Origin: Octopus bimaculoides
Lineage: Eukaryota
DNA: 63,351 nt
Reading direction: 5' to 3'
NCBI RefSeq assembly: GCF_001194135.2
Contig: NC_068995.1
Span: 39,604,599 to 39,667,949 of the forward strand
Below, piece after piece: positions 13,333 to 27,451 of this stretch (position 1 is its first letter; the number at the start of each line of letters is the position of its first letter). The notes below the pieces were generated by a model. The model searched no databases. It was given only the letters and a program-made list of their open reading frames with translations, and was not told the DNA's origin. The position numbers were made by a program, and so were the translations under genes.

Positions 13333-13619
13333 AGCCAATAATAGACGCCAAACAGTTACTGCAGTTTGATACACCATTACTAACTGAATGTATGTAATGG
13401 TAATAATAGGGAACTGGTGATGACTTCGTTTGCTTTGAGTTATAAGTTCGATTCTCCCTTCCAGAAAAAATATCAAACGTATACAAAGGGTTTATCTACG
13501 AATGGTTGTAGGTGGAGTGTGATGTGTATGGAGTAGAGTCTTAAAGCAATTGAAACGAGAAATTAGTATTAGCATATGGATATTTCTAATTTATATGTAC
13601 TACCACTGATCTTCATCCC

Positions 13620-13746
<127 letters not shown>

Positions 13747-14289
13747 TTCAATCTATCTCTCACTTTTCTTCTCTCTGCTTCGCTCTATCTCTTCCTCTCT
13801 ATCGTTCTCTCTTCCTCTATTGTGCTCTTGCGTGATTTCCTGAATTTCTTGCAGTTACGTATAGGAAACCGAAATTAAACGTAGGTGTCGTTTTTAGTTT
13901 CATTAAGGTGGGAAAGTTATTGTGAGTTTCTCGAATTGAAACTATTCTGGTTTCACTGAGAAAAAGAAATGAGTTCAGTAACAATGTTGTCAGCTTGATT
14001 ACATCGAGAACAACTTAACTAGTTTGTGGTAAGCCTGATTACATCGAAGACAGCTTAATTATGGTGATGAGAGTTAGCTGGGGAAACATGGGAACGCGAA
14101 GTAAAATCCTCCGATTAGAATATAGCAATTATTGCTAGCTTTCTTTAGACATGCTGAAATACATTATTCTATTGATTGTGTACGTATCACACCTATTTAC
14201 ATACACGTGTATATACACACACATGAGCACGCACGCATATACCCAAATTTACATATATGTGTATAAACGTATGTGTGTATATGCATATG

Positions 14290-14400
14290 TGGTTGTCCTT
14301 ACCTTCGAAACGCGGAGTAGATGAAAGAGGGACAACTGATGAAAGGGTATATTCTTTATGTTGCATGTCTCGTTTCTCTGTTTGTATTTTTCATTGTTCG
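14290..14400 (+). repeat. Copy of dispersed 'TTCGAAACGC...CTGATGAAGG...TTCTTTATG' repeat family
   Basis: Same motif order as 32300-32490 (+) and 53100-53285 (-). Confidence 0.5.
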
Positions 14401-15058
14401 AAAAAAAATTCGCAATTGAACCCGCAGGTGGAGGTTTCCCAACCCTTAGTTTAAACTAATGCGTTTTCATACATTTCGTCAAATTGATATACTATTTCTA
14501 GTAAGACACTGTTTTCTCTAAAACATTGTTCAATCGGTAAAGATTAGTGTTTTGAGTTTTGAGTTTAATATCCTACTAATTAGGTTCGTTAATTCATTTC
14601 CTGTACTTCCTTTAAGTTGTGAAGACGTTGCAAGTGATAGGTGTTAAGCTTCTCAGCAGACCATCACACAATAGTATATAATAAAAATAATAATAATTAA
14701 ATTGCAAGTTCCAAAAAAAGAACATGCATAATGAATTAACGACAATAACAAAATCAAATAAGAAGAGAAAACGTTGATTAATATTTTTCAAACCATGTTC
14801 AACATTGGCAGAAAGAAATAGAAGGGAGCGATGTAGAGAGAGGAAAAGAAAGAAAGCGAAAAAGAGCCAGGGACAAAAGAAAGAGAAACAGAAGAAACGT
14901 GTACAGACAGACAGAAACACAAAGAGGAAATGTATATACAATGGAGATAAAATATATACAGCGACAAAAACAGTAGAGCAATTTGGAAGAGAAAAACATA
15001 AGGTTTCTCTCTATCTCTCCGTCTTTTTCTCTCTGTCCATTCTCTCTTTTTCTCTCTC

Positions 15059-15105
<47 letters not shown>

Positions 15106-15842
15106 TTTTTCTCTCACATACACTCTCTTTTTGTATCTATAAACAGAAAGGCAGTGAGAGGCAAAAAAAAAGCAAAAAATTAAAATGACTGAAAAATCTA
15201 TTTAAAATTCAATAAAGGTAACGGATCATAGCTGACAAGATAATATCTTGGGACAAATATCATTACTCAGTTAAAATCATTTCTGTCTTGACGTCATCAT
15301 TTTTATTTTGATTTACTTTTTTATATTTTTCGTTTATTTATTTATCTATTTATTTATTTATGTTTTTGAATTTAATATTTGACATTCTAAACTGTTGATA
15401 GTAATATTGGTTGGCAATAACAGAAGACAGTTTGACATTCTCCATAGAAATACCGGAAAATAAGATAAAGAAATGATATCAAGAAAAATGGTGGATTATA
15501 AGAATTTTCTAGAGCATCGGACAACATGCTTAGCGGCATTTCTTTCGGCGCATAACTTTCTCATTTCAAATTCCAGCGAGGTCAACTGCCTTTCATCCAT
15601 TCGGAGTTCTAGTACAGCGGTCGATGTAATCTATTTACACCTTCGTCTTCTGCTAAATTAAGAGAGAATTATTATGATTGGTTTCAAATAGTGGCGAAAG
15701 GCCAGAGATTCCTAGGAACATGGTAAGGTAATTACATCGGCCCCAATGTACAACTGGTATTTACTTTATAACTCTTCTCAACACATGAATATGATGCTCC
15801 CTCACTACTCCTGCTCGAGATCAGGGATGCTCATAACGTCAG

Positions 15843-15845
<3 letters not shown>

Positions 15846-15915
<70 letters not shown>

Positions 15916-16040
15916 ATGTTTGGCTTTTGCTGTGTACTTGTAAAAGTTGATTCTAAGTCTCACCCGGAGACCTCAATAAGCAACACGTTAGAAGTTTAAG
16001 TTGGTGCTATGAGTAGAGTGCCATATATTTGATTTTGTAC
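15846..16040 (-). mobile_element. LINE 3' UTR remnant ending in (TAA)n
   Basis: Unique about 120-bp segment (...gaggtctccgggtgagacttagaatcaact...caaacatg) running directly into a long TAA tail, like the R4-type ends at 6.2 and 8.0 kb. Family assignment is inference. Confidence 0.45.
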
Positions 16041-16589
16041 AGAGTAGTGTTCTAGAGAATGTCTGTCAAAACAGAAGTAAATTAGAAGTTTGTGTTAACA
16101 GTAATTTGATTTTACGATGAGCGTCTGATGTTAAGACGACAGTAAAACGTATTTGATGTTATGTTCATTGAAAAGAATTTTGACACTGTTTATAGATTTA
16201 AATATTTTGGGGATTACATAGACAATATTATACATAGAAAATGGGTAGTTCACGTGGACACTGCTTTTTAAAAAAAGTTCTTCCATTATTGTACTTCCTG
16301 GTGTCTGAGCTAGATAAATGAGCCCCTTTTGCTATCATTCCTAGGACACCTATGACAACAGTCTTCAGATTCCACATTTTCCCAATTTCTTGTGTGTGTC
16401 TGACGTTCCTTTACTCATTGCCAGCCATCAAGCCTAGTGTGTGCACTCATCATGCACCTTTATAAGTTGACTCTATCAGCATCTTTGTTCCTCTCTCCCC
16501 TCTCTCACCCTCACTCTCTCTCTCTTCCTTTCTCTCGCTTTCTCTCTTTAACTAGAAAAATCAACCAAGCAACATTTAATCAGATATCT

Positions 16590-16974
16590 ATTTGTTGGCA
16601 CACCGTCGCTTACGACGTCGAGGGCTCCAGTTGATCCGATCAACGGAACTGCCTGCTCGTGAAATTAACGTTCGAGTGGCTGAGCACTTCATAGACACGT
16701 GTACCCTTAACGTAGATCTAGGGGATATTCAGCATGACACAGTGTGACAAGGCTGACCCTTTGAATTACAAGCACAACAGAAACAGGAAGTAAAAGTGAC
16801 AGAAAGTTGTGGCGAAAGAGTACAGCAGGGCTCACCACCATCCCCTGCCGGAGCCTCGTGGAGTTTTAGATGTTTTCGCTCAATAAACACTCACGACGCC
16901 CGGTCTGGGAATCGAAACCGCGATCCTATGACCGCGAGTCCGCTGCCCTAACCACTGGGCCATTGCGCCTCAAC
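16590..16974 (-). mobile_element. SINE family B copy, full length, 9-bp TSD
   Basis: Reverse complement of the 51483-51868 copy; tRNA-like head gaggcgcaatggcccagtggttagggcagcgg...ggtttcgattcc; TSD cagatatct at 16581-16589 and 16975-16983. Confidence 0.9.
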
Positions 16975-17996
16975 CAGATATCTTTAATATGGATATATCA
17001 AAATCTAGTAATATTAATCAAGTTTTCTATACAAAATACATGGTTAGTAATCCTATAAACTGCCGGCAGTTGCAAACATTCTGATATCAGTACGAGACAT
17101 ACCTTTCCTCACCTAGTTATATAAACATCATACGATCTAAACAATGTTTATTGTTGCTACTGCTTCTCTTGCAGCTGCTGCCGCTGTTGTTGCTGCAGCT
17201 GTGTTAGTGCTGACGATGGTGACCTATAAGCAAAATTTTACCATCCGCACATATCACTTTTCAGTCTTGTATAAAATGGACTTAAGTGTTCAATACATAC
17301 TTCGTAATTCAAAACGGTAGCTTTCATATGAGGGATATTCGACTGCTGTTTATCTCAATTCGAGCAATTATATAAAGGTTCCTTCGCTGCCTTTGCAAAT
17401 TAAAAAAAAATCTTTAGAAGGGTTGTATGCTTAAAGTAGCAAGACGAATGGGTCCAATATAGGCGTGAAAAAATGCTGCAACAAGCTATAATGAGTACTC
17501 AGATGTTCTGGTCTAATCAACTCAGGTCTCAATCCGCTATAATCTTAGAAACACTAACTTTATGTAATTGCATGTAATCGGTTATATCATTCCAATGAAA
17601 GGTATAATTAATAGTAAATTACAATTCCACTTTAACTTATAACTACTTCATTTAACTATGATGTTCGACACAACGGTAATTGTCACAGAGAAGTGGACAG
17701 TGAAATTGCGAGATAAAGATTTTTAATCTTGTTCCTCGGGGACGAACGAAAAGATCAAGTAATCTACCAGCTTGCGGTTGAACGTGTGTATATGTGAGAG
17801 GAGAAGATAGAAGGAGAGACAGAGAAAGAAAGAGAGAGAAGAAGGTACATAGAATAATGGTGTCAGGTATCAAAAATGGCATAAGCAGGGTCGGGATAGT
17901 GTATAGCATGTTACGCAACCCCGTCCTATTACAGTGCTATCCAAGCATGAAACTTGAAGTAGCTCACGTATAACTCTTCTACTCATTATATATATT

Positions 17997-18064
<68 letters not shown>

Positions 18065-19239
18065 CACACATACAAACGCACATAGAAGCACGTACAATGA
18101 AACAAGTATGCACATTTTCTTGCTATCATCACGGCAAATAATCTTCACGATTATTCCGAAAGTATTATTAAATTTGAAAATTCTACGCAGAGACTATTGA
18201 TTAACTGTCACTGGAAAACTTTAAAGGGACAACTAAAATCGTTGTAAAACAATTCTTCGACATGAATTATATAATGTCCTTTCTGAGTAGGCCACTCATC
18301 AGCGTCAAGAATAAATAAATAAGTAAAATATAAATAAATAATTGTATAAAGTAAGCTATGGGAAATGCTTTCTGTATTTCATTCGAACAAACGATTCGAG
18401 CGAACCGGTGCGAATGGAAAACATGTTCTTCAGTAAGGTATATTAAGATATATATATATACATGTGTGTGTATGTGAGTGTGTGTGCGTGTGTGAGTGTG
18501 TGAGAGCATGTGTATGTGTGTGTATATATATATATATATNNNNNNNNNNNNNNNNNNNNNNNNNNNNNNNNNNNNNNNNNNNNNNNNNNNNNNNNNNNNN
18601 NNNNNNNNNNNNNNNNNNNNNNNNNNNNNNNNNNNNNNNNNNNNNNNNNNNNNNNNNNNNNNNNNNNNNNNNNNNNNNNNNNNNNNNNNNNNNNNNNNNN
18701 NNNNNNNNNNNNNNNNNNNNNNNNNNNNNNNNNNNNNNNNNNNNNNNNNNNNNNNNNNNNNNNNNNNNNNNNNNNNNNNNNNNNNNNNNNNNNNNNNNNN
18801 NNNNNNNNNNNNNNNNNNNNNNNNNNNNNNNNNNNNNNNNNNNNNNNNNNNNNNNNNNNNNNNNNNNNNNNNNNNNNNNNNNNNNNNNNNNNNNNNNNNN
18901 NNNNNNNNNNNNNNNNNNNNNNNNNNNNNNNNNNNNNNNNNNNNNNNNNNNNNNNNNNNNNNNNNNNNNTATATATATATATATATATCGAGAGAGGAAC
19001 AAATCGATCGATCGATAGATAGATAGATAGATATATACATACATATATACACACATACATAGATGATGTGTATGTACAAATACTAATGTGTAAATGAGTG
19101 TGTGTGTGTGTGTTTGTGTTGATGGATGTCGGTGTAAACACATATAAGGAAGCGAGTAATTGGATACACTGACATACAAAATGAAAATCGGCAGATAAGC
19201 AAAGCCTCAGACAGACAGGATGATAAATTAGAAGGAGAA

Positions 19240-19384
19240 AGACAGACAGACAGACAGACAGAGATAGAGAGAGACGGAGACTAACAGACAGACATACACA
19301 CCCACATACACACCCACATACACACCCACATACACACACACTGAAAGACGAGGGATAGACACACGAATAGACAGACAGACAGAC

Positions 19385-19447
<63 letters not shown>

Positions 19448-19488
19448 CAGATAGACAGAGAGACAGACAGGCAGAAAGGCAGAAAGGC

Positions 19489-19572
<84 letters not shown>

Positions 19573-19750
19573 GTGGTAGATAGATCGGTAAACCGAGGTT
19601 TACTGCTGTGCAGAAGTATTGTGAGTGTCACTGAGTGAGTGAGTGAGTGAATATGTGGATGAGTGACTGAGTGATTGAGTAACGAGTGAGTGAATGATTG
19701 AGTGAGTATGTGCGTGAGTGATTGTGTGATTGAATGAGTGAGTGAGTGAA
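19240..19750. repeat. Compound tetranucleotide microsatellite (GACA)n/(GATA)n/(GAGT)n
   Basis: Directly visible arrays. Confidence 0.9.
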
Positions 19751-19823
19751 ACTGTTCGATCGGATAAACATATTCAAACAAACAAATGTGCCTGAAGGGA
19801 AAGATATGTATGAGTGTCTGTAT

Positions 19824-19874
<51 letters not shown>

Positions 19875-19876
19875 CA

Positions 19877-19910
<34 letters not shown>

Positions 19911-20219
19911 ATTTCATTTCCACATATATGTGTGTGTGTGTGTATATTTGCGCGTGGGAAACGGAAGAAGAGTAAGAGAGAGAGAGTGTGTGTGTGTGAG
20001 TAACAGACAAACTGAGAGACAGACAGACAGACAGACATTGAGAGAGAGAGAGAGAGTAGCAGTGAAATGAAACTAATATGATGGAGATTAAATCCTTTCT
20101 ATTCTCCGCACAAGGCCTGAAATATTCGGGATTGGGGTGGGGAGGGGTAATCGATTACATCGACCCCCGAAAGAATAAAAGACAAAGTCGATCTAACTTG
20201 TTGGCACACAGTTATACGT

Positions 20220-20257
<38 letters not shown>

Positions 20258-20661
20258 AGGTCTGTGTATCTGTGTGGGTATACACACATATACCGATATG
20301 TATGTATATATGTGTGTGGATGTGGATGCGTGGGGGTAGGTGCGCAGTGTGTGCGTGGGAGGTGTGAGGGTGGGTGCGTGCGTGTGTGTGTGTGTGTGTG
20401 TGTATAGCTATATGAACACATGCTCATGTATACACACATATACAGACCTGCGCACAGTCACACAATCACACATATAGAGTGATAAACACTAGCACATATA
20501 TGGGTAGTATGCGTGTGTATGTATGTGTGTGTGTGCGTGTGTGCTTGTGTTTATTCATTTTGTTTAAAGCGATAGTATTTGTTCTCTAGTCGAAGACAAA
20601 AATAGAATCAATTAGTGTCAGAGAGAGAGAGAGAGTCAGAGAGAGAGTGATTGAGTTGTAG

Positions 20662-20723
<62 letters not shown>

Positions 20724-20897
20724 TCCGACAGAGNNNNNNNNNNNNNNNNNNNNNNNNNNNNNNNNNNNNNNNNNNNNNNNNNNNNNNNNNNNNNNNNNNN
20801 NNNNNNNNNNNNNNNNNNNNNNNNNNNNNNNNNNNNNNNNNNNNNNNNNNNNNNNNNNNNNNNNNNNNNNNNNNNNNNNNNNNNNNNNNNGTTGTAG

Positions 20898-20959
<62 letters not shown>

Positions 20960-21016
20960 TCCGACAGAGAGAAATCATGTTAATTGCCTTATGACAATGG
21001 CGAGGATGAGGTTAAC

Positions 21017-21077
<61 letters not shown>

Positions 21078-22173
21078 GGAAGGAAGAAGATTGGGAGGAG
21101 GAAGAAGGGGATTGCCATATGATCCCTCTTTCTTATCCTTTTCCTCCTCTACCTCTCCCTCATCATCATCATCATCATCAACTTTGTTATCGTCATCCAG
21201 TTATTATCAACTCATAATCTTCAAGTGAATGGTGATTAAAAAAAAAAAGTGTGTGGAAGAAATAAATGAAAAATAAAGAATGATTGAAAGGACGGAAGGA
21301 AGGCAGGAAAGAAGGAAGGAAGGAAAAATGAAGGAAAAGCAGAAGGAAACAGGGAAAGGTGGAAAGAAGAGAGCAAGGAAGGAAGAAAGGTGTGAAAAGG
21401 GGAAATAAAATATTGATAGGGTTATGCGATGATATGTGTATATGCGGCGGAACAGAGAGAGAAAAGAGAAAGCGAAGAGAAGTTGATAAAACGTGTTTAA
21501 GAAGAGAGAGAAAGACAGACAGGCAGACAGAGGGACACGAGCACAGTGACAGACAGACAGGCGAGCAGAGAGAGAAATAGAAGGTTTCAATGAGAAGTAG
21601 TGAACAAAAATAAGACAAGACGAACAAACCGTATAAAGAAAGTGAAAGTAGCAGGAAAAAAAGTGAAGCTAATAGAAAGAGGGGGGGGGGGCAAAGTGTC
21701 AGAGGAAAGTGAGAGGAAATTGAAGGTGGTGGTCGTGGTGGTCGGGAGGTCAAAAAAAAAAAGACTGTGATAAGTATTATAAGGGAAGAAGTAGAGGTAG
21801 CAGAACAAGTAAATATATGGATTTTGAAGTGAAAGGAGAAGGGGATTGACTAAATATGGTAATGTTTGGAAATGGGCGGGGTCTTCTGGTCGAAATGTCG
21901 GTGCCACTAGTACACTACAGTTGCGGTGTCTGTCTGAATTATTTTGGTGTATTAAGATTAGCAAAAACATCACAAAAGTCAGGTGACTGATTGTTATCAG
22001 TCATCTTTTCTCTCTTTCTTTCTTTCCTTCCTTCCTTCCTTCTTTCTTTCTTTCTTTCTTTTTCTCTCTCTTCCTCTCTCTTTCGCTCTCTGTTTCTCTC
22101 TCTTTTCTCACTCACTCACCCTCCTCTCTCTCTCTCTCAGTGTGTGATATTATATATGTATATGTGTGCGTGC

Positions 22174-22222
<49 letters not shown>

Positions 22223-23224
22223 TAAAACCTTATATGTCAATACATACATGTATACATATAAAAACAAAAACAGATATATATGAATGTGTGTATATGTGTG
22301 TGTCTGTACTTTTATATGTATAGCATTATGCGTTTCCATGAACTGAATTTTACATTTACCCATAGCTGTTGTTCTTGTTCTTGTTCATGTTGTTGCTGCT
22401 ACTGCTGCAGTTGTTGTTGTTGTTGTTGTTGTTCCTGAGACGAATATATCTTGGCATTAAATATTTACCATGTAGCTAACTATTCAACACGTTATGTGGT
22501 TGGGCTCCCAAGGACACCAAGCTAACACTCTCTCAAATCACACCTTTTGATTTATTAAACAGCCAAGACACATTAGATAATGTAGTCCTATATATACTTC
22601 CTCTGAATAAAATACGCCTAAAACTCCTTTTCATTACCAGCTGATTACATCTCCTTAGTTAAAATAACAACTGTCCACAACCAATTGTCTGCCATACATT
22701 ATGCAGTTCCTATTTTCATATTCCCGTAGTTATTTTGTAACTGTATTGGTTTGTGTTTAATGTAGAAATGAATATGAGGACATCATCATGTTCCCCTGTT
22801 TTTCTTTTTCTTTGCAGGATTATGGAGACATATGAGGTGAAAATGGGGGCAAAAACCCGGCTTGCTTTAGAAGAAAACAGCCCATTAATACGGACATCGT
22901 TTCAAGTTTTCTATCGACCGGAAACCTGGCTTGGGTCCTTGGAGCAGAATAGAATTTGTCGTACAAGACATACAAGGCGTACAAGAGCATAATGATGGTT
23001 TTTTTTTTAGCTGGGTAAAAGTGTAGGTGTAATGTAAAACTCATTGGAAGAGCCGTAGTTCCTAAGCTAGAAGAAACAGAGCCGTTGAAAAAGAGGGGTT
23101 GGCCGGGGGGTTGGGAGGCTTAAAACCACGTGAGCACGTAGCCATGGACAGGGTAACATGGAGAGAGTGAGTGGATGTTTTTTGCACCACGGAGTGGGGA
23201 GAAGAAAATGAAAAGGAAGGAGAG

Positions 23225-23309
23225 GGGGGAGGAGGAGGAGAAGGAGAAGAAGAAGAAGAAGAAGAAGAAGAAGAAGAAGAAGAAGAAGAAGAAGAAGAAG
23301 AAGAAGAAG

Positions 23310-23347
<38 letters not shown>
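23225..23347. repeat. (GGA)n-(GAA)n-(CAA)n trinucleotide array
   Basis: Directly visible; gives the poly-E/poly-Q/poly-K pseudo-ORFs. Confidence 0.95.
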
Positions 23348-23603
23348 ATGGGGAAGGAGGAGTAGATTTAGGTGAACCTTGCAAAGAAAGATGAGTACAG
23401 TTCTTCCTATAGTCTCCATTCAAATTCTCCTCTCTCCATTTACACTCACAGCACCTGAGTAGACCCGATACTATGGGAGAGATCACTTGTGACGGTTGTT
23501 ATGTTGTGAGATTGAACTAGGAACCACAGGATAACCAAGTGAGTCCTTTAATCACACCTCCAAGCTTTCACCATGAAGGCATTAATATTAACCTCCACCC
23601 CTA

Positions 23604-23822
23604 AGGTGGCGAGCTGGCAAAAACGTTAGCACGCCGGGCAAAATGTTTAGCAGTATTTCGTGTGTCCTTACGTTCTGAGTTCAAATTCCACCGAGGTCGA
23701 CATTGCCTTTCAACCGTTTGGGGGTAGATGAATTAAGTACCAGTTGCGTACTGGAGTCGATCTAAGTGACTGGCTCCCTCCCTCCCCACAAAATTTCGGA
23801 CCTTGTGCCTAGAGTAGAAAAC
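23604..23822 (+). mobile_element. SINE family A copy
   Basis: taaggtggcgagctggcaaaaacgttagcacgccggg...gagttcaaattcc...gtgcctagagtagaaa. Confidence 0.9.
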
Positions 23823-23879
23823 CTTAACACCTTATCACAGCATGGCAACAACGGATGGAATATCAACTCGTGTCTTCGC

Positions 23880-24135
23880 TTGAGAAATCTGTATATTGTT
23901 CTCCCGAGAACAATACCAGCAAGGTCACAATCTCTCACTCAGCTCCAATTCTCCAATCTACAGGCGCCTGCTTAGAGTAGGTTCATTCGCCCTAACCATT
24001 TTACCACGGTCACCCAACGTTTTACAAATTCACTTCTTTCTCCGTCCTTACTTTTCTGACGAAGTTCAGCTTCAATAAAGTCGACGAGGGCCTGGCTGTT
24101 GAGGAAGGTATATTTCTTCAATCACTTCAGTGAAT
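23880..24135 (-). mobile_element. Decayed 3' end of a Tx1/L1-like LINE (ORF2 C-terminus)
   Basis: Minus-strand LK*LKKYTFLNSQALVDFIEAELRQK...EFVKRWVTVVK aligns by eye to LKGLKTDTIFFGQSFINVFKFHLLRK...FAKRWVNVAK at 53.9 kb. Confidence 0.65.
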
Positions 24136-24409
24136 ATGGTTTCAAATTCTAGCGCAAACTTCCGTCTATCTCATTTTACTCACAAGACTAGAGTGACACT
24201 GAAAGAACAGTAGGAGACACCTTCCCAACATGCCACGCAGTCGGATCGAACCTGGGACCACGTGACTGCCAAAACTATAGTGTTGAATGATTACTATCGA
24301 CTTACGGGCCATCTGACAGATTCTATCCTTCTTGATTTAATTTGCCAAAAGTACCAACTTCACTGTCAAACACCAACAATATTATCCTTCTCCATCACTT
24401 ACTTTTCCT

Positions 24410-24635
24410 CCACTACTTCTTCCTCCTCCTCCTCCTTCTCATCATCATCATCATCATCCTCCGCTTCCTCCTCCACTTCCTCCTCCTCCTCCTCCTCCTC
24501 AATCTCCTCCTCATCCTCCTCCTCTTCCTCCTCCACCTCCTCCTCCTCTTCCTCCTCCACTTCCCCCTCTTCTTCCTCCTCCTCTTCCTCCTCATCTTCC
24601 ACCTCCACTTCCTCCTCCTCCTCCTCCTCATCATT

Positions 24636-24686
<51 letters not shown>

Positions 24687-24689
24687 GTT

Positions 24690-24744
<55 letters not shown>

Positions 24745-24745
24745 G
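24410..24745. repeat. (TCC)n/(TCA)n trinucleotide array
   Basis: Directly visible; gives the poly-S/poly-E/poly-M pseudo-ORFs. Confidence 0.95.
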
Positions 24746-25324
24746 TAGCAGCAGCTGCAGCAACAATGCCATATCAACATTTCCGATGAGAAATGCAAGA
24801 CACGACTATCATCAACGTCACCTCAATATCTTTATCATCATCGTCGCCCTCGATATCATCATCATCATCATCATCATTTTTGTCATCACCGTGAAAAAAC
24901 AATTACAACAGAAGCAGCTATGACCTCGTTTACTATTGCTCATAGTGGTCGTGGTGCTAAGCTTCGTAGGATTACTTGTAGATATCTTAACGTCGCCTGC
25001 ACTCTGTTGATAATCAAGATGTGAGAGCTGTCTCTGTTGTAAATCTTGTAAGTGCTGTAAATGTCTACTGATAGCATTCAATCTTTCCAATGGACACTGT
25101 TATATACATCGGATTTCATGAAGCTGATTGACAGCAATAATAACAATAAACGCAGCAGAAGCAACACGACAGCTACAATAACGACAACAATAATATTGAT
25201 AATTGTAACAGTGGTTAAGGCGACATTAATGATTGTTGCTTTTTGGTTTGTTTGTTTATTTTTAGATTGGTCACATGAGATCACCGTATAAAATATGAGA
25301 CGGCATACAGAAGATAATAATATT

Positions 25325-25548
25325 GATAATCCTTTCTGCTATAGGCGCTGGGTCTGAAATTTTGGGGGAATGGGACAAGCCGATTACATCGATCCCAGTG
25401 TTCTACTGGAACTTAATTTATCGAATCCGAAGTGATGAAAGGCGAAGTCGACCTGAGCAGAATTTGAACTGAGAACGTAGAGACCGACGAAATGCCGCTA
25501 AGCACTTTGTCCGGCGTGTTAACGATCCTGCCAGCTCGCCTCCTTGAA
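25325..25548 (-). mobile_element. SINE family A copy
   Basis: Reverse complement of family A (gaatttgaactgagaacgtag...gccagctcgcc). Confidence 0.85.
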
Positions 25549-25709
25549 TAAAAACATGAAAAAAATAAATAAATGAATAATAATAATAATGATAATTTCT
25601 TTATTGGCCACCAGAGCTGAACACAAAACATAGAGGGCGATACACAGACGAAGGACAGTGAGGTTAAACGTATAAACAGCAAAGTAACATAATGATTAAC
25701 AAAGAGATT

Positions 25710-25858
25710 ACGTCACTGGTACTTAATTTATCGACCCCGAAAGGATGAAGGGCGAAGTCGACCTCGGCGGAATTTGAACTCAGAACGCAACGGTAGACGA
25801 AATACCGCTAAGAATTTCGGCAGGTGTGCTAACGCCTCTGCCAGCTCGCCGCCTTAAA
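25710..25858 (-). mobile_element. SINE family A copy (3'-shortened)
   Basis: cggcggaatttgaactcagaacg...gccagctcgccgcctta. Confidence 0.88.
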
Positions 25859-26177
25859 TCACTACCCTAATGATAATGATGATAATAATAATAATAATAA
25901 TAATAATGATAATAATAATTATAATGATGACAATGGTGGTGGTGGTGCTGCTGCTGCTGTTGCTGCTACCGCTGCTGCTCTTGTTGATGGTTATGATGAA
26001 AATGAAGATAACGATGATGAAAAGGATGAAGAGAAAGAGGATTTCATGCGCCACAAGAACATACATGACGGTTAAATTACAAAAAGTGCTTACAATTGGC
26101 GTTTGGGTGGCCGTATAAAAAGGTGAGGGGAAAGAAAAAGGGAGATGACGATGAAATGAAAGAAAAGTGTATATAGG

Positions 26178-26582
26178 AGTGGCTGTGTGGTAAGTAGCTT
26201 GCTTACAAACCACATAGTTCCGGGTTCAGTCCCACCGCGTGTCACCTTGGGCAAGTGTCTTCTACTATAGCCTCGGGCCGACCAAAGCCTTGTGAGTGGA
26301 TTTGGTAGACGGAAACTGAAAGAAAACCGTCTTATATATGTATATGTATATGTGTGTTTGTGTGTCTGTGTTTGCCCCCCCCCCCAACATCGATTGACAA
26401 CCGATGCTGGTGTGTTTACGTCCCCGTAACTTAGCGGTTCAGCAAAAGAGACTCCGATAGAATAAGTACTAGGCTTCCAAAGAATAATTCCTGGGGTCGG
26501 TTGGCTCGACTAAAGGCGTTGCTCCAGCATGGCCACAGTCAAATGACTGAAACAAGTAAAAGAGTAAAAGAGCAAAGAGTAT
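26178..26582 (+). mobile_element. SINE family C copy (tRNA-like head, CORE-like box, internal microsatellite, tail)
   Basis: ggctgtgtggtaag...ccgggttcagtccc head; accttgggcaagt resembles the CORE-SINE motif; tail ends tgactgaaacaagtaaaagagtaaaagag. Confidence 0.85.
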
Positions 26583-26625
26583 ATAAAGTAAGTGAACGTA
26601 TCAACGACTCAGTCTCCCTAACACC

Positions 26626-26835
26626 TCAAGGCGGTGAGCTGATAGAATCATTAGCAGACAAGGCAAAGTACTTAGCGGCATTTCGTCCGTCTTTAAATGC
26701 TTAACGGTATTTCACTCATCTCTACGTGCTGAGTTCAAATTCCGCCGAGATCCACTTTGCCTTTCGTCCTTTCTGGGTCGATTAAATGAGTACCAGTTGA
26801 GTCCTGGGCCTGGCGTAATCGACTTACCCTCCCCC
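26626..26835 (+). mobile_element. SINE family A copy
   Basis: caaggcggtgagctgatagaatc...gagttcaaattccgccgag. Confidence 0.8.
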
Positions 26836-27451
26836 GAATTTGTTGTTTTTTTATCCAATATTTGAAACTAATCTTTAATAATCCTTTATTCCCATAATGT
26901 TTTCCTGTAAATGTTGCTTTACATATGCCGAAGCTGAACATCAAACTATATCAATCCCACAAGTATCCGAAGTTTAAAGAATGATATGGACATTTTTTTT
27001 TTTCTGATTTATGACGAAACCGACAAAAACTAAATCGATCGTATAGGAAATATATTCAAGATTCAGCAGCATACAACTAATAATTGATCGACGAAACAAT
27101 ACTCAAAACACAATTTAAGATCTGCACTGTATCAATTCTATGAACAGTGTATTTTTTGCGGCAGATATATTTTAATTCGTTCAGGTTACATGAATCAAGT
27201 TATATTGATGTCTTACCATGCTGTACTTTAGCCATATTGCTGCATTGTCAGAACGAGACAAGGTAAGGTGGTCTTGTGATGAAATGAGAATCTCTCGTGA
27301 CGTTACATTGATTGTTCAATCATCAACGCATAAAGCTTCATAAACAGGCAATGAACAACGACTAAGTTAGTAGTGAAGGTCCTAGATCTCTTACATTAAA
27401 GGCTGGAAATCACGAGTAAACAAATATACAAAACAATATTGTTATTCAGCA

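Noticed and set aside
17652-17918. 88-aa minus-strand ORF with a hydrophobic N-terminus
   Set aside because: The hydrophobic part derives from a CT-rich low-complexity tract; no splice or homology support.
23095-23118. G-quadruplex-like G-run cluster
   Set aside because: Only an imperfect two/three-tier pattern with no functional context.
23171-24923. Poly-E/Q/K/S/M/I ORFs
   Set aside because: Pure trinucleotide microsatellites open in several frames and both strands; no splice or codon evidence.
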